From NCBI GenBank assembly GCA_965208675.1, contig OZ242351.1, forward strand, positions 4,096,001 to 4,160,000: a stretch of DNA of 64,000 nucleotides, given 5' to 3'. A program made the position numbers and the translations under genes. The notes beneath the pieces were generated by a model, which did no database searches, was not told the DNA's origin, and saw only the letters and a program-made list of their open reading frames with translations. Shown piece by piece: positions 58,869 through 64,000 of this stretch. The number at the start of each line of letters is the position of its first letter. The stretch's first letter is position 1. The stretch comes from Candidatus Poribacteria bacterium (GTDB taxonomy: Bacteria > Poribacteria > WGA-4E > PCPOR2b).

Positions 58869-61673
58869 TTATTGATTGACGAGATGACTCACATCAATGC
58901 TCCAGCACTGTGTTCCTAAATCAGTCCGCCGAAACAGAATCGTGTCGCCGTCGGGCGACATTGAGAGTGGGCGAGCATCCGTCGGAACACGAAACGGGAA
59001 TTCGTCGATTGTCGTGCCGTCGAGAGATACTCGCAGCAATTCGCCGTTTCGTCCAATGGCGAGATAAGACATGCCGTCTGATGACCAACTCGACGGGATA
59101 TAGCCTCTTGGCAACTTCTTTGCTTCTCCGCCATTGATTGATGCAACCCATACCTCTTCTAGATTCACCGCTCCTTGAATCATCAAATTGAAGATTAGCT
59201 GCTTTCCATCGGGTGTCCAAGAAATGTTGATTTCCTTTCCAGGAGTGTTGGTTATCTGCTTGGCGTCTCCGCCCGCTGCCGGTACAACGTAGATATCACC
59301 TTCCATGTCTCCTTTTAAGTTGAGATAGGCGATTGTGATTCCATCCGGAGACCACGCAGGGCTCATGCACCGTTCCGAATCTGTGAGTTTTTTCATTTGA
59401 CCGTCGGACGCGGATACGACGCAGAGCTGCGACTTGTAACTCTCTGGCGAGCCAATCATCGCGTTGGTGAATGCGATGTTTTGGCCGTCCGGCGACCAGC
59501 GAAGTTCGTTCGCATAAAGCAGGCCGCTGGTCAATTGACGGATTTTTCCACCACTAATTGGTGCAATGTGGATATGAATGTTTCCTTTGGGCAAGCCGCT
59601 GGTTTGCTCTACATTTTTGAGATCGAACAGTGTGAACGCAACTTCCCTCTCGTTCGGCGATAGGGTAAGGGCACGTAGCAACATCCCCTTCGGAAGTTCA
59701 ATGGGGAGTTCGGTATATTGACTTGTTTCGATGTCGAAGAGTCCGGGGCGTATGTCTAGATCTTTTAAAGACGCCAGTAACAGACGTTTACCGTCGGATA
59801 GCCACTGTGCGCCTCCTTCAAACAATAGCGCCGGATTGGAACTCGTGCGGCGTTGTTCCCCGTTTTTTACGTTGAGGGCATAGGTCATCTCTCTGCGATC
59901 TTCTTGCACCACGATTATTTTTGCGTCCTGTCCCCACCGCAACGGTTTCGCGCTCGCCCCGAGTCCCATCGCTTTGAGCAGCATCGGTTCGCCCGACAAC
60001 TCACCCTGTTCGTTGACGCGACGTGTCAAAAAACCGAATTTAGCCTCGGGCAGATAGACGCCCGTGTAGACAACCCACTTGCCATCTGGTGAATAGATAG
60101 GAGACTGAACGATGGTGACATAATCATTTTCTATTACCGTCGCTTTACCGCCCTGAACCGGCTGTTTCCGCACGCGGTGGCTATCGTCCGAGGTGGATCG
60201 TCGCGATAAATAAGAAATCCACTTACCGTCCGGCGACCAGGATGGTTGAATATTCTCCTTTCCATCTGTTGTGAAGGGGCGAACCTCTTGGGTGTCGAGC
60301 GATACAATCCAAATGTCTGCTATCCTCTCCTTCCAGTTAATCCACTTGACAAACGCAAGATTCAAACTGTCAGGTGACCAACTCAATCCGCCAGACTGTT
60401 CAGAATTGGATTGCGGAAGCACGCGCATCTCGTCCCCTGACGCAGGAATAATGCAAACTTCATAGTGCTCACTATCTTCTTGATTGAGTTCGCTACGATA
60501 AAAAGCAATCCATCCTCCATCAGGCGACCATCGAGGTCGCGCTAACCGTACGTTGTTTGAACCATCGAGAAAGATGTCTTTCCGTTCTGCCGGTGCACTG
60601 GGGGCTAATCCTGTAAAAGGATAGAGTGCGAGAACCGGCTTCCATTGAGGCACATAGACAAATTGTGCACCATCGGGGGAGATGTCAATATCCCAAAGGT
60701 TAGAGCCCAAGTCATCGGGCATGGATATGGCGGATACCGTTATTTTCTCATTGGGGTTATCCATTTCATCTGGCTGCCCCACGGCCGCCTGCGTCTTGAG
60801 CGGCTCCGGTTTCTGCCCAAAATCGCCGTCTTTCCCTTCAGCACCGAGTATGGCTACCCGAGTCGCTTCTACATCTACGGGGAGCTCTCCGTCTTCGACA
60901 ACCTGTGTATTCAGCGGCAGAGAGCCGCCGAGCCATTCGCCCAACGGATAAAGCGGGCTGTGCGGCAGGCTCAAACTCAAGAGCAAGAGAATTACCCCAC
61001 CTACTGCGGACAGCCCCAAAGGCAACGCAGTCTTGTGGGGCGCGGTTTGAATCTTTGCGTCGCTGATTAATTCGACCACACGGGCGGTAAATCCCGGCTG
61101 TAATCTTCTTTCGGCAAAAGCAGTGCGTATCATTGGAATCATCTCCTCACTTAAGGCAGTTTTCAATTTTGCTCTGGCTCGCATGAGCCGCTGGTTTATA
61201 GCATTCGGAGACACCCGCAACGTTTCTGCAATCTCCTTGCTTTTCATGCCTGCCATGTAACGGAGCACTAACACTTGACGGTACATCTCTGGGAGGGAAG
61301 CCAATGCGTCGTGGACTCGTTCATTTCTCAGTTTTTCCGAGTGCGCATCCATGTCTGCCTGGTGATTCTCATCCGAGTCAGCAAGATACGCAGCGCCAAC
61401 TAGTCCTTTCTGATCTCGGTGAAAATTCCTGCATCGGTTTACGGCAATCGAATAGAGCCACGGATAGAAATTGTCCCATCGACGCAGGGTTGATAACTTC
61501 TTGTACGCTTTGAGAAAGACATCTTGGGTTAAGTCCTCTGCGTCCTGAAACTGCCCAACCTTTGCGTACACGAGCGCGAAAATGCGCTCTTTATATTTAT
61601 CAACCAACAGGGCAAATGCCTCCGTGTTACCCGAAAGACATTGATGAACGATTTGACCATCTGTGGTGTACAT
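58869..61673 (-). CDS. ECF sigma factor-TM-TolB-like (PD40) beta-propeller fusion, array copy 4
   Basis: Same architecture; region 4.2 reads SPNAINQRLMRAR versus SPNTIDQRLVRAR in copies 1-3. Confidence 0.93.
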   Translation of the reverse strand: MYTTDGQIVHQCLSGNTEAFALLVDKYKERIFALVYAKVGQFQDAEDLTQDVFLKAYKKLSTLRRWDNFYPWLYSIAVNRCRNFHRDQKGLVGAAYLADSDENHQADMDAHSEKLRNERVHDALASLPEMYRQVLVLRYMAGMKSKEIAETLRVSPNAINQRLMRARAKLKTALSEEMIPMIRTAFAERRLQPGFTARVVELISDAKIQTAPHKTALPLGLSAVGGVILLLLSLSLPHSPLYPLGEWLGGSLPLNTQVVEDGELPVDVEATRVAILGAEGKDGDFGQKPEPLKTQAAVGQPDEMDNPNEKITVSAISMPDDLGSNLWDIDISPDGAQFVYVPQWKPVLALYPFTGLAPSAPAERKDIFLDGSNNVRLARPRWSPDGGWIAFYRSELNQEDSEHYEVCIIPASGDEMRVLPQSNSEQSGGLSWSPDSLNLAFVKWINWKERIADIWIVSLDTQEVRPFTTDGKENIQPSWSPDGKWISYLSRRSTSDDSHRVRKQPVQGGKATVIENDYVTIVQSPIYSPDGKWVVYTGVYLPEAKFGFLTRRVNEQGELSGEPMLLKAMGLGASAKPLRWGQDAKIIVVQEDRREMTYALNVKNGEQRRTSSNPALLFEGGAQWLSDGKRLLLASLKDLDIRPGLFDIETSQYTELPIELPKGMLLRALTLSPNEREVAFTLFDLKNVEQTSGLPKGNIHIHIAPISGGKIRQLTSGLLYANELRWSPDGQNIAFTNAMIGSPESYKSQLCVVSASDGQMKKLTDSERCMSPAWSPDGITIAYLNLKGDMEGDIYVVPAAGGDAKQITNTPGKEINISWTPDGKQLIFNLMIQGAVNLEEVWVASINGGEAKKLPRGYIPSSWSSDGMSYLAIGRNGELLRVSLDGTTIDEFPFRVPTDARPLSMSPDGDTILFRRTDLGTQCWSIDVSHLVNQ

Positions 61674-61706
61674 GGGCGTCCTCTCGCAAAAGATGGTTGT
61701 TTTTAT

Positions 61707-61740
61707 CTATATAGAAACTGCCCACCCCCGAATTATTACA
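61707..61740 (-). promoter_or_regulatory. putative ECF-type promoter of copy 4 (variant -35)
   Basis: TGTAAT-N17-TTTCTATATAG; the spacer still starts AATTCGGGG. Confidence 0.5.
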
Positions 61741-61917
61741 CTTGGGGAATTTTTTTTATGAGAATAGCTGCAACTACTTAAGCAGTATTGAAGGTTTACC
61801 TGTGAATATTGTACTCTGTCTGAACCAGGATTTACAGGATTTTAGGACTTGCAGGATGTTGCATCGGCTCGCAGGCAATTGAAAATGCCACTAGTGAATA
61901 TATTGAGGGACAGAGAG

Positions 61918-62163
61918 TATAGTCGTTTTAGTTCAGATTTACACAAGGAGGAATGGACTATTTGAAAATCGAGGCTAGGAAGCCTCTCCTACACACCAAT
62001 GAATAAATGTATAATTCATGACTTGCGCAAATTGAAAAGAAAAGATGTGTTTTTTTGCTGAAAAAGTCGATATTGCGGTGTTTTTAACCCCCTAAATCCC
62101 CCTTATCAGGGGGACTTAAAGAGGAAGTGCGTAAGTCTTACAATTTTTAGTCCCATGGCTGTA
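61918..62163. mobile_element. MITE/REP-carrying repeat (homolog of 40080-40197) with a nested second element
   Basis: Homology to 40080-40197 on both sides of 62017-62140; absent from the other array spacers. Confidence 0.65.
62017..62140. mobile_element. MITE-like element with GACTT(A/G)CGCA ends and an internal CCCCCT/AGGGGG hairpin
   Basis: CATGACTTGCGCA ... TGCGTAAGTCTTA; flanks TAATT / CAATT resemble a 5-bp duplication; ends resemble those of 36331-36479. Confidence 0.65.
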
Positions 62164-62212
62164 GAAAAGAAAAAGGCGTCCATCTGCCGTGAAACTGGGG
62201 CAAATAGACGCC
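62163..62212 (-). terminator. intrinsic terminator after copy 5
   Basis: Same stem with one C-G to U-G change, followed by a U-tract. Confidence 0.85.
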
Positions 62213-62265
62213 GTTATTGAATGCCCAAAATGTGGGCGGGTTTGAAGTGAACTTTGAGTGACGAG

Positions 62266-64000
62266 CTATTGACTGACTAGATGACTCACATCAATGCTCC
62301 AGCACTGTGTTTCTGAATCAATCAGCCGATACAAAATGGTTTCACCGTTGGGCGATATTGAGAGCGGACGTGCATCCACCGGAACACGAAACGGTAATTC
62401 GTCAATTTTCGTGCCGTCGAGAGATACCCGCTGCAATTCGCCGTTTCGTCCAAATGCGAGATAAGATGTTCCATCCGATGACCAACTCGACGGGATAAAA
62501 TTTCTTTGCATTGGCTTCGGTTCCCCACCATTGATTGAAATAACCCACGCTTGCCCGCTTATCTCGAAGGTCAACCGTTTTCCGTCGGGTGTCCAACAAA
62601 GACTCCCATCAGGTGTCCAAGGCAGGAGTATCTCTCCTTCGGGTGGACTATCGGGTGGAGCACTGATTCGCTTGGATTCTCCGCCCGTTGCCGGAACAAG
62701 ATAGATGTCAACCTCTGTCTCATCGAAATCCAAATCTAAGACCTGTCTCTTACCCTTCAAGCGGAGGAACGCGAGCATCGTTCCATCTGGCGACCAAGCT
62801 GCTCCTGAGCACCGTTCGGTATCTGTGAATGTTTTCACCTGACCATCTGATACAGAAGCGACGCAGAGTTTTGACTCGAAACCAACTGATGCTGCGAGAT
62901 TAGCGTTGATAAACGCGATTTTTTTACCGTCGGGCGACCAGCGGGGGTTAATCCAAATAAACTCGGTTTGTGCCATCTGTTTGGAAGTTCCACCTGTTAC
63001 GGGCATGATGAGAAGATGCGCACTTACTTGGGGTACTCCGTCGACAAGTTTATGGGGCGTTTTGCGATGAATCTGCACATATGCAACCCACTTTTCATCG
63101 GGCGAAAGGGTGGCCCCGCTGAGCCATGTTCCCTCTGGGAGTTCGATGGGTAGCTCGGTGAATCGACCAGTTTCGATGTCCAAAAAACCGGGGCGCCGCT
63201 CTTTGCTAGAAACTAGAAAAAGCCGATTCCCGTCTGATTGCCACTGTGCGCCTTCAAACCAAAAGTCGGGATTGGAACTTACACGTCGTTGTTCGCCATT
63301 CTTTATATTGAGTGCATAGGTCATTTCTGTGTAGGCTTCTTGCAGTACGATTAGTCTTCCGTCTGGCGTCCACCGCAACGGTTTTGCGCCCACTTGGAGT
63401 CTCGCCGCTTTGAGGAAAATTGGTTCGCCTGTTAGCTCACCTTGTTCGTTGACTCGCGATGCAATAAAACCGCTTTTTCCATCGGGTAAGTAGTTCGTGT
63501 AGGCAACCCACTTTCCGTCGGGTGAGTGAATGGGTGGGTAGATGAGATGAAACCCTTCATTTACTGTTGCTTCACCATCCCGCACAGGCTGCCGCCATAC
63601 GCGGAGGCTATTTATCAAGAGGCCTCGTTTTGATGAATAGGCAATCCATTCACCATCAGGCGACCATGAGGGATCGGTGTTTTCTTTTCCATCCGTCGTG
63701 AATGGACGCACTGCGCCTGTTTCGAGCGAGACGATGTAAATGTCCGATTTCTTTCCTTTCGACCTAACAAACGCTAGTTCTTTGCTATCCGGAGACCAAC
63801 TTAACCAACCTGGGTGGTTGGTAGAATTGGTGTGCGCCAGGAAGCGTAATGCCCCGCCTGATGCGGAAACCAGATACACGTCCATATCTTTTCCATACGG
63901 ACCAATAGTCTCTCCCACACCGGGAACGTATGCAGTGTAAACATGACGATAAAATGCAATCCACTGACCGTCTGGAGACCATTTCGGCTGATAGTAATTC
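62266..64000 (-). CDS. TolB-like propeller part of array copy 5 (5' end outside the window)
   Basis: Frame is open to the window edge (NYYQPKWSPDGQWIAFYR...); same C-terminal CWSIDVSHLVSQ; most similar to copy 3. The sigma domain is inferred, not seen. Confidence 0.88.
   Translation of the reverse strand, partial: NYYQPKWSPDGQWIAFYRHVYTAYVPGVGETIGPYGKDMDVYLVSASGGALRFLAHTNSTNHPGWLSWSPDSKELAFVRSKGKKSDIYIVSLETGAVRPFTTDGKENTDPSWSPDGEWIAYSSKRGLLINSLRVWRQPVRDGEATVNEGFHLIYPPIHSPDGKWVAYTNYLPDGKSGFIASRVNEQGELTGEPIFLKAARLQVGAKPLRWTPDGRLIVLQEAYTEMTYALNIKNGEQRRVSSNPDFWFEGAQWQSDGNRLFLVSSKERRPGFLDIETGRFTELPIELPEGTWLSGATLSPDEKWVAYVQIHRKTPHKLVDGVPQVSAHLLIMPVTGGTSKQMAQTEFIWINPRWSPDGKKIAFINANLAASVGFESKLCVASVSDGQVKTFTDTERCSGAAWSPDGTMLAFLRLKGKRQVLDLDFDETEVDIYLVPATGGESKRISAPPDSPPEGEILLPWTPDGSLCWTPDGKRLTFEISGQAWVISINGGEPKPMQRNFIPSSWSSDGTSYLAFGRNGELQRVSLDGTKIDELPFRVPVDARPLSISPNGETILYRLIDSETQCWSIDVSHLVSQ

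Noticed and set aside
52297-62212. Repeated hairpins as CRISPR repeats or attC sites
   Set aside because: They are ~3.2 kb apart, follow stop codons, end in U-tracts and lack cas genes or RYYYAAC/GTTRRRY boxes; they fit terminators.
484-63982. Numerous 60-210-aa ORFs overlapping longer genes, including recurring antisense ORFs in the array
   Set aside because: Shadow ORFs without recognisable motifs; their recurrence simply mirrors conservation of the sense genes.
49219-64000. Diversity-generating retroelement as the source of propeller variability
   Set aside because: No reverse transcriptase or TR/VR pair is visible, and the variation includes length changes rather than adenine-specific substitutions.
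1-64000. tRNA/rRNA genes, prophage, integrase, full-length transposase
   Set aside because: None recognised by eye; tRNAscan-SE, Infernal and ISEScan would be needed to exclude them formally.

Overview
A 64-kb bacterial chromosomal segment. It is Poribacteria-like by inference, from the 'NYPNPFNPETW.PYQL' C-terminal domain, PhyH and ankyrin genes, and membrane-tethered ECF sigma fusions. Left to right it holds: (1) an SNF2 helicase followed by the start of a sacsin-like GHKL ATPase; (2) a YtrA/GntR-ABC operon with a duplicated permease + large HEAT/PEGA-like membrane protein pair; (3) an S66 peptidase, a SprT-like protein and a secreted 5'-nucleotidase; (4) an ECF sigma-TM-Asp-box propeller fusion; (5) a MoxR/DUF58/DUF4129/DUF4350 locus with a triplicated membrane gene; (6) a 17-kb co-directional run of small unrelated enzymes, including an apparent HisG-HisE fusion and several MITE/REP-like insertions; (7) a C-type-lectin surface protein; (8) a tandem array of at least five ECF sigma-TM-TolB-like beta-propeller genes running off the right edge. 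The array is the most striking system. It has a near-constant sigma output domain and hypervariable extracytoplasmic loops, and each unit has its own conserved putative promoter and terminator. In one copy a change in the putative -35 coincides with changes in the sigma region-4.2 helix. No tRNA/rRNA, CRISPR array, integrase or intact transposase was recognised. All calls are by eye, without database searches.
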